From: a virus | Length of the DNA: 64,000 bases | Direction: 5' to 3' (one strand) | Virus record (IMG/VR): IMGVR_UViG_3300025280_000026 | Span: 1 to 64,000 of that record | Shown here: positions 38,958 through 49,554 of the stretch, in pieces | Layout of the letters: each line of letters begins with the position of its first letter | Numbering within the stretch: position 1 is the stretch's first letter | Translations under genes and position numbers: made by a program | Notes under the pieces: model-generated | The model's database searches: none | Told to the model about the DNA's origin: nothing | The model's input: only the letters and a program-made list of their open reading frames with translations

Positions 38958-39848
38958 ATGTCTAGAAGAAATAACCGTGCCAGAGCAGGAAGCACAGAAA
39001 AAAAAGTTCCTGCTGATTCTTCTGTTGAGGCTACTCTAGCCTCACAAAGTGACGAGAGTGGTTCAAGTTTGCTGTCTTTCGTGACACCAACAGAGTTTGT
39101 TCAGTTGCCTTCGAAGGGCAAATTTTACCCTTCAGAACATCCTTTACATAATAAAGATGTTGTTGAAATTAAGTACATGACTGCGAAACACGAAGATATT
39201 CTGACTTCACAAACCTTGCTCAGGAAGGGAATCGCTATTGATCGGTTATTAGAAAGTCTTATTTTAGATAAAAGTATAAAATTAGATAATTTGCTTATAG
39301 GAGATAAAAATGCAATTACAATAGCAGCCAGGAAAACCGGCTATGGAAGTGAATATGAAACTTCCATGGTATGCCCCGGCTGTGGCATAAAACAAAATCA
39401 TTCTTTTGATTTGGACGAGTTAAAACACAACTTTCCTTTTGAAGAAGAACTAGAAGAATTTAATATAGAATTAACTGCAAATAATACATTTTTAATTAAT
39501 TTGCCCCAAACAAAAGTTGCTTTAGAAACTCGTTTGCTTAGTGACGCAGATGAGAGAGTATTGGAGAAGACAAGCAAAATGCGTAAAAAGCACGGTCTCG
39601 GCCGTGGAGAAATTACTTTAACCGATAGATTAAAAGCGGTTGTGTTAACAGCAGATGGAGAAACTAATAGAAATATTATAGAGGAATTTATTGATAATAT
39701 GCCAGCTCTTGATGCTAAATTTTTTAGAGCGGCGTATGCCGCGTTAACCCCAAATATCGAAATGAAACAAGAATATCGGTGTGATTCTTGTGGACACGAA
39801 GAGGAGGTAGATGTGCCCCTGTCGGCCGACTTTTTTTGGCCTGGGTGA
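38958..39848 (+). CDS. Baseplate hub/tail assembly chaperone (gp26-like)
   Basis: LPSKGKFY, MTA.HEDIL, L..GD..AI...AR...YG, two CxxC, ends FFWP. Confidence 0.8.
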   Translation: MSRRNNRARAGSTEKKVPADSSVEATLASQSDESGSSLLSFVTPTEFVQLPSKGKFYPSEHPLHNKDVVEIKYMTAKHEDILTSQTLLRKGIAIDRLLESLILDKSIKLDNLLIGDKNAITIAARKTGYGSEYETSMVCPGCGIKQNHSFDLDELKHNFPFEEELEEFNIELTANNTFLINLPQTKVALETRLLSDADERVLEKTSKMRKKHGLGRGEITLTDRLKAVVLTADGETNRNIIEEFIDNMPALDAKFFRAAYAALTPNIEMKQEYRCDSCGHEEEVDVPLSADFFWPG

Positions 39849-40032
39849 TGAGTATATTGAATCTGTTTATGAACAATTTTTCTTGCTTAAATACCACGGT
39901 GGTTGGAGCTTTATAGAAGCATATAATCTTCCCATACCTCTAAGAACATGGTTTATTAATCGTTTGGCAAAACAATTCGAAACAGAAACAGAGGAAATGG
40001 AAAAAGCTTATAAAAAAGCAAAAAAATCTTAA
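39811..40032 (+). CDS. gp51-like/GT-like chaperone extension, possibly produced by frameshift
   Basis: YEQFF.LKYHGGWSF.EAYNLPI.LR.WF; overlaps the upstream gene across a T7 run. Confidence 0.65.
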   Translation: MCPCRPTFFGLGDEYIESVYEQFFLLKYHGGWSFIEAYNLPIPLRTWFINRLAKQFETETEEMEKAYKKAKKS

Positions 40033-40036
40033 TAGT

Positions 40037-40069
40037 AAGCCGGCTCTCATGCCGGCTTTTATTTTTTTT
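40037..40069 (+). terminator. Intrinsic terminator
   Basis: AAGCCGGC-TCTCAT-GCCGGCTT followed by TTATTTTTTT. Confidence 0.9.
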
Positions 40070-40106
40070 AATTAACTACTTATTTATATGATATGAGGAC
40101 TAGCGT

Positions 40107-40442
40107 ATGAAAAACGACATAATCGAAATTAATTTAGATATCAAGACCGTTGAAAAACTAGAAGAAGGAGTTATGCACGTTGCTCCCGCCGCACTCGGAG
40201 ACGCTGTTAAAATAGCTTTATGGGATATGTTTGGATATCAGGCGGCACCTTCAATTGATTTGAAAGGAACACCACAACAAATTAGTGCTTTTGTTACTGC
40301 TCTAAGCGGGGAAAAGAAGTACTTAGATTCTGTCATGCGAAATGGTCTTGATAGTCCTTCAACATACAAGAGTAAATTTTCGTTGGAAAATGCTATTGGT
40401 AATTTTGAGAGAGAAACTGGCTTAGAATGGCCAATTAAGTAA
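40107..40442 (+). CDS. Conserved hypothetical protein upstream of tape measure
   Basis: ACTACTTA 40075; GAGG SD; ends FERETGLEWPIK. Confidence 0.65.
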   Translation: MKNDIIEINLDIKTVEKLEEGVMHVAPAALGDAVKIALWDMFGYQAAPSIDLKGTPQQISAFVTALSGEKKYLDSVMRNGLDSPSTYKSKFSLENAIGNFERETGLEWPIK

Positions 40443-40455
40443 TCGGGGCTTTTAA

Positions 40456-43065
40456 ATGGATGAAGATCTGAAAAATTTATTAAGGGATTTGATCTCTAAA
40501 CTGAATCAAACCCCTCCAACCACAACGGGCCCCCCACCGGGTCAACCACCCGGAACGGGCCCGGTTGGTGGTTACGCCGGCGGCGCCGGTGCTAACATAC
40601 CCACTCCACAGGATGCTGCAACCATACAACAAATTGGTGAAATGGAGGCTCGACGCAAAAATTATTCAGATGGAATTGCCAGAAGCTTGGAACAACAGCG
40701 CAGCATCGCAAAAAACATTGAAAGTATAATACAGAGAACCCTCAAAATAAAAAGAGAGGAAGAAGCCGCAGCTAGAAATTTATATAATGAGCAGCAAAAA
40801 GTGGTTCGGGTATTAGAAGAGGATTTGTCATTATCCAAACAGAATTCTTCTGTGACTCAATCGGAAATACAAGCAAAGCAACAAATCTTATCTCAGCACA
40901 AAGGGGAACTACAAGATCTTAAAACAAAACTTGAGTTGAGTGAACGTAGCGCTCAATTAGCTCAGCAAGAAGCCTCTCTTATAGCACAGGTTGAGGCTAG
41001 AACCCAATCTCTTGTTTCCACGTTATCACAAGGTATTTTAACAGCCAATGCTGCTAGCAAAACTGGCATGTTCGGTGCATTATTCGGTTCTGGGTCTGGA
41101 GCCGGCTTCTTTGAAAAGCTTAAGACTTCTGGAAAAGCTATAGGCCAAATCGCTTCCCCTTTGAACGCTTCTTTAAGCGTGGTTGGGTACCTTACCGATG
41201 CATTTAAAAAATTATTTTGGGCGACAGACGAAACCGCTGCTAAATTTAGAAGAGCTACAGGCGCCGGCCAAGAATATACCAAGGTCTTAACTCAAACAAT
41301 ACAAAGAAACACGCGCTTTGGAATCATAACCGAAGAGGCCGGCAGGGCCATGACAGCGCTTCATACTCAAATGAGAAGTTTTTCCGGCGCCACTGACAGC
41401 GCCCAAAGGTCGGTTATAGACTTAACATTGCGAATGACTCGCTTGGGTGTTTCTGAACAAACTACAGCCCGAATGACAGATATGCTTACCAAAGCTATGG
41501 GGATGAATATAAATCAAGCCATCGCTGCCCAAGACAAAATAGCTGTATACGCTCGGCAGATTAAAGTGAGCGAACAAGAAGCTGCCCAGGCATTTTTGCA
41601 ATTCTCAGGTGCTTTGGCAGCCCATGGCCCGAATATGATTAATGTTTTTAAAGGCTTGATTTCGCAAGTTAAACAAACAGGGGTTGAAATGAGTTCCCTT
41701 GTTAATATCGCCAACCAATTTGATACATTTGAATCTGCAGCTGCTTCAGTAGGTAAATTAAATGCATTACTGGGCGGTAGTCACCTGAATTCTCTTCGAA
41801 TGGTGAATGCAACGGAATCAGAGAGAATAAGATTAGTTGCAGAAGCTGTCCGAGCGTCCGGAGCTAATATTAATGCCCTTGGTCGTTTTACACAAAAAGC
41901 ACTTGCTCAAGCCATCGGCGCCAAAGACTCTGCAGAAGCAATGAAGATCCTTCGCGGACAATTAAATATGTTAACTCCTGCAGAATTACAAGCTGCAGAA
42001 GCGATGGAAGCGAATAAACGAAAAGCAGAAGAAAACATGTCGATTCAAATGAAGTTAAAGACAATTTTGTTGTCCTTGGCCAATTCTCTAATGCCACTTA
42101 TCGAAAAATTGCATGAAAATAGAGATGCAATTGTTGATGTTATTACCAGGGTCGCAGCCTTTATGCAGAAAAACGGCGCTTTAATAGCTCAGTTCGCTAT
42201 TCTTTTTCCTGTAATACGAACTGGAGTTTCTCTTGTTGGAGGCCTCTCTACAGCTTTTAGAGCCATGGGTGTAAGCGCCGGCGCCGCAAGATTGGGTATA
42301 CTGGGCCTCGGCGCCGGCGTACTTTATTTTGCAACACAGTTGTTGAAACCTATGTTCTCACCATCCGCGATCCGCGCCACTCCAGAATTCGCTGATGATA
42401 TAAAAAAGCTTGGTGACAAAGCTTTGCTTGCACAAAGTCCAATGCGCGACCTGGGCGTGGAAACAGGTAAACTGGCAAGAAATTTATCTATAGGCGCCCA
42501 GGCCACAGCTCAGTTGGGTAGTGCTTATGAAGTTGTTGGAAAGCATTCTTCCAAAGCCGCCAGTGGGGTACGAGCCGTATCCTCTGCCGGCCGAAACGCC
42601 AGCAAGGATATGCAAAAAGCTGCTAATAGCACTGCGCAATTGGCTTTCGGCGTCCAGTCAATACAAAAAAATGTTGATAAGTTGAACACTGCTAAATTGG
42701 CTGATTTCGGTCAAAAAATAAACCTTGTGACTGAAAATCTAAATTTGACGGATGCTCAAAATGAAAACATTCAAAAAACAGTGACAAATATTAATAGGGT
42801 AGCAATGGTGGGCCAACAAGCCACCGAGCATGCCTCTGCAGCCGGCGTAGAACGCCTTGCCGTGGCTGTTAATAAATTTAATTTAACGCAAGTAACTCAA
42901 ACGACACAAACCGCTGCAGCAGCTTCTGCCGGTGGTCAAAGGAACGTCATCATCGAGACGCCCCGGGATGTAATCGTAGACTTAGACGGGATTACTGTCG
43001 GTCGTGCAGCGCTGCAATTTATAGACAAAGAAAGAAGTTCAAGAACCTTGGTCGGTCGGTCATAG
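40456..43065 (+). CDS. Tape measure protein
   Basis: Ala/Gln-rich helical; FDTFESAA..VGKLNALLGG; hydrophobic segment; position. Confidence 0.8.
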   Translation: MDEDLKNLLRDLISKLNQTPPTTTGPPPGQPPGTGPVGGYAGGAGANIPTPQDAATIQQIGEMEARRKNYSDGIARSLEQQRSIAKNIESIIQRTLKIKREEEAAARNLYNEQQKVVRVLEEDLSLSKQNSSVTQSEIQAKQQILSQHKGELQDLKTKLELSERSAQLAQQEASLIAQVEARTQSLVSTLSQGILTANAASKTGMFGALFGSGSGAGFFEKLKTSGKAIGQIASPLNASLSVVGYLTDAFKKLFWATDETAAKFRRATGAGQEYTKVLTQTIQRNTRFGIITEEAGRAMTALHTQMRSFSGATDSAQRSVIDLTLRMTRLGVSEQTTARMTDMLTKAMGMNINQAIAAQDKIAVYARQIKVSEQEAAQAFLQFSGALAAHGPNMINVFKGLISQVKQTGVEMSSLVNIANQFDTFESAAASVGKLNALLGGSHLNSLRMVNATESERIRLVAEAVRASGANINALGRFTQKALAQAIGAKDSAEAMKILRGQLNMLTPAELQAAEAMEANKRKAEENMSIQMKLKTILLSLANSLMPLIEKLHENRDAIVDVITRVAAFMQKNGALIAQFAILFPVIRTGVSLVGGLSTAFRAMGVSAGAARLGILGLGAGVLYFATQLLKPMFSPSAIRATPEFADDIKKLGDKALLAQSPMRDLGVETGKLARNLSIGAQATAQLGSAYEVVGKHSSKAASGVRAVSSAGRNASKDMQKAANSTAQLAFGVQSIQKNVDKLNTAKLADFGQKINLVTENLNLTDAQNENIQKTVTNINRVAMVGQQATEHASAAGVERLAVAVNKFNLTQVTQTTQTAAAASAGGQRNVIIETPRDVIVDLDGITVGRAALQFIDKERSSRTLVGRS

Positions 43066-43078
43066 GAGGTAATTAATA

Positions 43079-43834
43079 ATGGCAGTATGGAGTAGTTCGG
43101 ATGTTAATGACACAAAAAGTTTTGAAGACATAATTTTCACTTATGCTTCCATTAAAGGGGGTCAACATCATTATAGGGTTAAATTTAGTGCCTTTGTTAC
43201 TGGCTTTTCAGATAATTTTACTCAGGCTTGGTCGACAACTAGCGTTTATGGTAAACAAGACTCTATTGAAACTTATCAAGGCACTCGCCGCATGATAGAT
43301 TTATCATGGGATGTGCCTTCCAACGGCCCAAAACAAGGTTGGGGGAATATGGTGAAACTCGAAACTTTGATTAAAATGCTATATCCAATGTACGATGTTC
43401 AAAGTACAAGAATAAACGCTGCTACAATTAACAAACCTCCTCTTTTGAGGCTTAAATTCGCTAATTTAATTAAAAACCACAAAGGCGAAGGCCTGTTAGG
43501 ACATGTTAATGGTTTTACTTTTAACCCGAGCATGGAACATGGCATGTATAATACAAATAATACCCGGCAAAAAGCCATAGGAATCCCCAATTTCGGACTG
43601 ATCCCAAAAGTTTATAGTATGAGATGTCAATTTACTGTCCTTCACGAGCAGGATTTAGGATTCAAAAGCAGCGACAATAGATTTTTCAACTCAATTGGTG
43701 ACGGTGAGTCGGGCTTCCCCTATGGTTTTACAGGCAAGCGGGCCGAAGTAGTTGCGGTTAACAAAGGCACAACGGTCAGCCCCCCATCAACCGGTGTGAC
43801 CACGGGCCAAGAGAAAAAAATAACAGGAGGATAA
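43079..43834 (+). CDS. Baseplate tube-initiator-like protein (gp48/54-like)
   Basis: FSDNF...W....VYG..D....YQGT.R.I.L.W; PPLLRLKF.N. Confidence 0.65.
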   Translation: MAVWSSSDVNDTKSFEDIIFTYASIKGGQHHYRVKFSAFVTGFSDNFTQAWSTTSVYGKQDSIETYQGTRRMIDLSWDVPSNGPKQGWGNMVKLETLIKMLYPMYDVQSTRINAATINKPPLLRLKFANLIKNHKGEGLLGHVNGFTFNPSMEHGMYNTNNTRQKAIGIPNFGLIPKVYSMRCQFTVLHEQDLGFKSSDNRFFNSIGDGESGFPYGFTGKRAEVVAVNKGTTVSPPSTGVTTGQEKKITGG

Positions 43835-43838
43835 TAAT

Positions 43839-44183
43839 ATGGCTTTCGTCAAAAGAAATTCAAATAGAAACGTTATATTCAACAAAAAAAGAGTCTATAA
43901 ATCTTTTTTTGATAAAAGATATATTGATAGGATTGAACATTATGACACTCCTGTTTTATACTATCCAGAGCAAGAAGAAATAAATGAGTTTGAAATTGTG
44001 AATGTGATTTGGAAAGTGGGCGATAGGTTTTCAAAACTGGCTCACGAACATTATGGAAATTCAAGATTGTGGTGGGTAATCGCGTGGTATAATAAGAAAC
44101 CAACGGATTCTGATGTAGAACATGGAGATATGATTGAAATACCATTCCCACTTCAGGCTGTGATGTCTTCTTATGGTTACTAA
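43839..44183 (+). CDS. LysM-like baseplate wedge protein (gp53/tail X-like)
   Basis: GDRF.KLAHEHYG..RLWWVIAWYN...GD.IEIP. Confidence 0.8.
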   Translation: MAFVKRNSNRNVIFNKKRVYKSFFDKRYIDRIEHYDTPVLYYPEQEEINEFEIVNVIWKVGDRFSKLAHEHYGNSRLWWVIAWYNKKPTDSDVEHGDMIEIPFPLQAVMSSYGY

Positions 44184-44202
44184 TTAAAAAGGATAGGATA
44201 AA

Positions 44203-47200
44203 GTGGCGAATGTAGTTAAATTAACTGGCGTATTTGGTAACCTCAGAGATCTGTTGAAGAATGAGAAAGTGTGTAACGGCAAAATCAAGGGTCTGACTGA
44301 CGATCAGGTCGATGATGCTGAGCACATTGCTCATCTTCTCGCCATCCAAACCCTCGGCGATCGAGTTGGGTTCTACTTCAATCTCTTACGTTTGCCGCTG
44401 ATGCCTACTGGCGCCAACAAACATATTATCCCAGGTTTAAAACCCGGCACGGACAAAGAACCCGCCGCCATCACGCCGGAACAGCTTTTAAGTTTTGGTG
44501 TTGCTCTAAAAACTGATTCATCTGCTGATCCTGCAAACTACAAGGCGACAATTGAAAATTTAGCAAAACAACTTATTGGTGGTAGTAACCATGTTCTAAA
44601 CAAAGCATTTCTGCACCAACTTATTACTAATAAAAGTACAGGCACCGACGCCAAAAGCAATAAAATTGGTTCCGTAATAAAGGAGATAGATAAGCTTATC
44701 GCCCTCGGTGCCAACACTCTTCGCGCGCGCCAGAAAGACGCCGGCTCCGCTCTTGGTTTCGTCGATCTTCGAGCCTTCATCGGCGGTAAACTTCCAGTAG
44801 GCTTGGGTTTAAACCCAAAATTTACAAGCAACTTGGTAAAATTTTTAGATGCCCGCTTTGCGTTAACATTAAATGAAATCAAGTCTCCCATCGATAAAAC
44901 AATATTTGAAAGACTTTTATTCGAGACTTTAGCAAAATGCGGCGAAACGAACGAGGCTTCCGGCATTCTAAAATATTTAATGGATCCTGGCACAAACGTC
45001 GCTCCACCAACGCCCTTCGTCACCGGCGACAAGATCGACCTCCCCGACGACAATACAGCAGGAACAAGACCTGTTGGTTTTTATCTCGGCACCCAAGGCG
45101 GCCAAAACGCGCTCGGTTTCACTTCTGATAGCGTAGCTAAACTTACAAAAGCATTTTTAGTTAGTATCAAGGACCAGAGAATAGTAATCAACGACAGCAC
45201 CGTCTCAAGCACCGGCAGACTTAGTTCATATTACGCAGTTTTCATAGACAAATTCGACCCCATATGTCGCGAGTTCGTCGACCCAACAAACGATTCAGCC
45301 ACCAACGTAGCCGAGCAGATCGGCAACCCTCTAGAATTAAAAAGAAGGCGCCTACAAAATATTAGATGTGTTTTACCTTTATTCGAGCACCTTTATTCAA
45401 GTCCGAATGCGCAAACTTTAAGGGATCCCGGCCTCGTTGGGGTATATTCAAAACATTATACACACACGCTGGGATCACAAAAAACCACCTCAACAAAACT
45501 TCCTAGAAAGTTTTTTGCAAGTACTCAACATCCTTTAGTTTTTGCACATACGAAAAATGTTGATTTTTTTATTAATAAATTGTTTAACTACGACACAACT
45601 GGTAAAAAAGTAAAAACTTTTTTGGAAACTACAAACACTGATATTTCTTTTCTTCAACCTAGAATCCGCATCTACAAAGTATTATATGATGATGAAAGAA
45701 ATGAGATAGAGATACCGATTGAGTTTTCAAATAAGATAGAAATCGTCAAGCCTTCTGGTGTTTATGAAAGGGAAAATGCTGGGATCAAACGAATTCGTAT
45801 AAATAGACTAGGACAAACCCCCGCAACTTTTGATAAGTGGATTTCGGTCGATGCTAGTTTCATATTTGATAGCGTTAATGCCTTCACAAAATGTCGTAAA
45901 TCAAATAAAGAATATTCTTATGTTGATTTATTGAGGAGACCCATTAAATATACTCGAAATTCTCCGGACCAAATAAAAACGTACCTCAAACAAGCAAAAG
46001 AAGTATCAACCAAAGATGATATAAAGAAATTTGCTGAATACATGAATTCAGTTAGTTTAGATGTATACAATCCAGAATATTTTGAAATAAAACTTGAAGT
46101 TGGCTGGTCTTTTAACGAACAAGTTTTCGTGAATTCAAGAGACCGCGGTGACCTCCGTCGCGATTTAAAGGATTTTTTGAACAGAACAAATTTAGTTTTG
46201 TATTTATATTTGACAACACATAACTTTACATTTCGCAACGATGGCACCATCTCCTTGGATATTAAATATATGGGCCGCGCAGCTGCGCAGCTAATGGATT
46301 CATTTGATACTAATGTATTCCACACGCCAAATTTGAAGTATTATAGAAGATCTTCCCAAGCTCTGTCTGAGTTGCTTGACATATCATCTGGTCTAAAAAC
46401 TAGTGATGGTGGACTTGAACCCGAAGATCAGAAAAAGCTTCGTCAAATGAAAAATCGATTGACTGCCAAATTGAGTCAAGAGAGATCTGAATTAACCAGT
46501 CAATTGTGGAAACGCTTGGTCGACCAAGAAAAAACATTGCTTCAACCGGCAGAGGTAGAAGGGAAAGATAAACCCACACATATGTTGAAACTAACAATGC
46601 CAGAACACTTTGCCTTTTTTGATGCGAACGCATTGAAAGAGGAATTCCAAATTAATCTGCCCGGATCCCAGGAGAAGGAATTCGAAAACAAATCCGAAGA
46701 AGTTGTTTTAGATCCAGCTTTAATTATGGCTCATTACCGTGCTAAGTTGAAAGGTTCGAATGCCAAGCCAGGGGATATAATGCAACTAAGCGTTGTTAAG
46801 AAAAACGGACATTTTCAAGGCGAAGAGGGAGTTCCCCAAACCGCCGATGAAGCGTCGAGGGCATACGAAGAAGGCGATATTTTGAGGCCTGAAGACTTTG
46901 ATGCACAGCAACGCGACTCCGATAAGGAGATGGAAGCACTGCCTTTCCAAAAAACATATATGAATAGGAAGGAAAAACAGAAGAAAATAGATGTGTATTG
47001 TATGAGATACGGATCCGTGATACACACTGCAGTGCAAAACATATGGCAATTTAATCCAGAGGGGTTGAGGGACATAGTTATAATGTTGAGCGGCACCAAA
47101 TTTCGGTCTGTGGTCGCAGGCGGAGGCGCCAGATACATGAACTTTGCCGATGTTCCCATTTTGTTTGAAGACTGGAAACGCTTTATATTGGATAAAACCG

Positions 47201-48003
47201 TTAACAAGAAAAAGGTTAATTATGCTTTAATTGATTTTATAAGAGATTCGATGATGGAACTTTTAATTCCGGCAATGGGCGCGATGCAAACTGGATGCAA
47301 AGATGGATCTCAAATTGTGTCGCCTCTGAGGGGCGTGCGGCCGAAGCTGACTACTTTTTCAGCCCGTCGCCCAAAAGCGTTACAGACTACGAACGGACGC
47401 ATTGCTGTTAATTTAGATGTCCCCGGTAGCCACCTTAAAGTCGGGCAAGACTTGTTAAACAACAAAGATATCTTGTCCGACACTAAAGGAGACTTAAAAC
47501 ACTTCTTGGTTATATATGATTCTGGTTTTTCTTACGATGCTGAATTCGAGAAGAAAACTTCGAGGCCTAAATTATATGATGAAAACTTAAAACACAATAT
47601 TCCACATTTTTTCATTGGTGCGAACAAGGGAATTCTAAGAACCATATCATTCCAGAAATCAAGTGTACCATTTCTCCAAGAGGCGAAAGTTCTGGACCGC
47701 GGCCATACTGATTTTGGACTCCTCCGCGAAAAATATGATTGCACTTTAGAAGTTGTAGGTGACGCCCAGTTCCATTGCGGTATGAGATTTTATTTGGATC
47801 CAACTTTCACGGGTATGTCTTCTCAAAACATAGATGTAGTACAGGGTGTTCTCGGCCTGGGCGGTTATTATGATATTATAAACGTAAATTCAGATATAAG
47901 CGACAACGGTTTTAAAACCACCTTGGTTGGTTCGTGGCAGGCTTTCCGCCCCGGGTATAATCCTGAAAGAGATCGCGTTGACCCTTGTAAAGAAATACCT
48001 TGA
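44203..48003 (+). CDS. Large baseplate hub protein (gp27/late-control D-like C-terminus)
   Basis: C-terminal YDC.LEVVGD..F..GM.FYLDP...LGLGGYY.I..V...I....F.T.L; follows the LysM gene. Confidence 0.6.
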   Translation: MANVVKLTGVFGNLRDLLKNEKVCNGKIKGLTDDQVDDAEHIAHLLAIQTLGDRVGFYFNLLRLPLMPTGANKHIIPGLKPGTDKEPAAITPEQLLSFGVALKTDSSADPANYKATIENLAKQLIGGSNHVLNKAFLHQLITNKSTGTDAKSNKIGSVIKEIDKLIALGANTLRARQKDAGSALGFVDLRAFIGGKLPVGLGLNPKFTSNLVKFLDARFALTLNEIKSPIDKTIFERLLFETLAKCGETNEASGILKYLMDPGTNVAPPTPFVTGDKIDLPDDNTAGTRPVGFYLGTQGGQNALGFTSDSVAKLTKAFLVSIKDQRIVINDSTVSSTGRLSSYYAVFIDKFDPICREFVDPTNDSATNVAEQIGNPLELKRRRLQNIRCVLPLFEHLYSSPNAQTLRDPGLVGVYSKHYTHTLGSQKTTSTKLPRKFFASTQHPLVFAHTKNVDFFINKLFNYDTTGKKVKTFLETTNTDISFLQPRIRIYKVLYDDERNEIEIPIEFSNKIEIVKPSGVYERENAGIKRIRINRLGQTPATFDKWISVDASFIFDSVNAFTKCRKSNKEYSYVDLLRRPIKYTRNSPDQIKTYLKQAKEVSTKDDIKKFAEYMNSVSLDVYNPEYFEIKLEVGWSFNEQVFVNSRDRGDLRRDLKDFLNRTNLVLYLYLTTHNFTFRNDGTISLDIKYMGRAAAQLMDSFDTNVFHTPNLKYYRRSSQALSELLDISSGLKTSDGGLEPEDQKKLRQMKNRLTAKLSQERSELTSQLWKRLVDQEKTLLQPAEVEGKDKPTHMLKLTMPEHFAFFDANALKEEFQINLPGSQEKEFENKSEEVVLDPALIMAHYRAKLKGSNAKPGDIMQLSVVKKNGHFQGEEGVPQTADEASRAYEEGDILRPEDFDAQQRDSDKEMEALPFQKTYMNRKEKQKKIDVYCMRYGSVIHTAVQNIWQFNPEGLRDIVIMLSGTKFRSVVAGGGARYMNFADVPILFEDWKRFILDKTVNKKKVNYALIDFIRDSMMELLIPAMGAMQTGCKDGSQIVSPLRGVRPKLTTFSARRPKALQTTNGRIAVNLDVPGSHLKVGQDLLNNKDILSDTKGDLKHFLVIYDSGFSYDAEFEKKTSRPKLYDENLKHNIPHFFIGANKGILRTISFQKSSVPFLQEAKVLDRGHTDFGLLREKYDCTLEVVGDAQFHCGMRFYLDPTFTGMSSQNIDVVQGVLGLGGYYDIINVNSDISDNGFKTTLVGSWQAFRPGYNPERDRVDPCKEIP

Positions 48004-48030
48004 ATTTTGTTCACGAATGATAATTAGAGT

Positions 48031-49509
48031 ATGGCCTCATTAATAAACATTTTCGAAATAGCGGACTACGAAGATATTAAACAGTCTTTGCCAATCAACG
48101 GCGCATCTCCCGTGATCACTACAAATGTTATAGATTTCTCCCAGCCAGGAGCTAATTTATACGGCAAAGTTGATCGAAGAAATGAGGCAATAGTCCCAAA
48201 AGTATCAAACAATAATTTGCTCACTGTCGACGGTTCTCAGGCTCTAGGGATGATATCTGTCGAAGCCAACACCCAAGTTTTTGATTTTGTTGCAGATGCA
48301 TACAACGATATGATTGATTATTTACAATCCGTTCGTTTCCGTGCTGGGGAATATTCTCCTGATTCATATGAAGACGAAGATGGAAATACTAGGCAAACTT
48401 TTCTAATGAACTTATCCCCGTCTGGAGGATATATTAACCCGAAAGCATTACATTCAGAACATTTAGATATTATATACGATCATTTTGTTAAAGTATATTT
48501 GGGTAAAAAAAGCAGACATAAACAGATAAACGATCACAAAGATTTTATAAAGATGTTCGTGAATTATGTTTTTAGTGATCTTTTTACGAACATTGCTAGT
48601 ATAAATTTATCTTCCCATATAAAAAAATCACTCATTCCAATTGAATGCACTGGTTTGGTTGTAAAGGTTGCCGCTCCCGTGGTTGAAGACCAAGTTAACA
48701 ACAACCAATATTTTTGGAGGGATCCTAATTTCAGTTTGTATGTATCAACAGCTCACAAATTTGGCTTTTATGTTGACAAAGATCGTCCTTGGATGCTCGT
48801 CGCCAATTTGGGGTCTAGAATAATGGATAGTTATCTCCGAGCGAGAGGTTCTTTTTTGATTAAGGATACTTCAGAAAGTGGTAAAACACACCCCGGGGGT
48901 TTGGGGCATATACACGAATATGAAATCGATTCTCGTGGGGATGGTAGAACAATTTCAACTTCCGCCGGCCCTGATCACACACATACTATTAAAAATTATT
49001 GTGTTAAATATGCTTTGAAAGAGTTACCGCATCCGCATGATTTACCAACACAAGATGTATTTACAAAATATTATGAAAGGGCCCAATTAAACGAGCTTAA
49101 AGAATTAATAACTTTGCTCCATAGGATGTATTCAAGTTATATAAACCAAAACCCTCAGAACGTTGTCAACTTTTTTGAAGCCGGCAAACTTGTAAAGAAA
49201 AGCACTTTCCGTAAAAATGTTTCAGAACAAGAATTCAGCCTGGCTCTATCTGAGAAAAATTGGATTAGATTTTATTTTGATTTAAAAATCAACGAGGAAA
49301 AATTATTTCTCAAGAGAAGTAAATATTTAAAAATTCTCCGTAACGCACAAGAAAAAGTCCTCTCCAGTACTAAACAAGAAGCAGTAGAATACATTAACGA
49401 GGAAATTAACAAGCGTTTGTTTTATTTAGTTCAAGGTCCGAACGTTAATAAATATTATCATAACTTACCAGGGCCCAACACGCTAAAAAAACTAGCAGAA
49501 TATTTCTAA
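48031..49509 (+). CDS. Hypothetical protein with His-x-His cluster
   Basis: FGFYVDKD.PW.LVANL; GHIHEY...DHTHTI...HPHDL. Confidence 0.6.
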   Translation: MASLINIFEIADYEDIKQSLPINGASPVITTNVIDFSQPGANLYGKVDRRNEAIVPKVSNNNLLTVDGSQALGMISVEANTQVFDFVADAYNDMIDYLQSVRFRAGEYSPDSYEDEDGNTRQTFLMNLSPSGGYINPKALHSEHLDIIYDHFVKVYLGKKSRHKQINDHKDFIKMFVNYVFSDLFTNIASINLSSHIKKSLIPIECTGLVVKVAAPVVEDQVNNNQYFWRDPNFSLYVSTAHKFGFYVDKDRPWMLVANLGSRIMDSYLRARGSFLIKDTSESGKTHPGGLGHIHEYEIDSRGDGRTISTSAGPDHTHTIKNYCVKYALKELPHPHDLPTQDVFTKYYERAQLNELKELITLLHRMYSSYINQNPQNVVNFFEAGKLVKKSTFRKNVSEQEFSLALSEKNWIRFYFDLKINEEKLFLKRSKYLKILRNAQEKVLSSTKQEAVEYINEEINKRLFYLVQGPNVNKYYHNLPGPNTLKKLAEYF

Positions 49510-49537
49510 TTGTCTTATTAAGCAGCGTGTTTATCTT
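49510..49537 (+). promoter_or_regulatory. Sigma70-like promoter TTGTCT-16-TATCTT
   Basis: Same architecture at 51576-51603 (TTGTCT-16-TATTAT); both have GTGYT just before the -10. Confidence 0.5.
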
Positions 49538-49554
49538 ATTGAAAGAGGTTTGTT

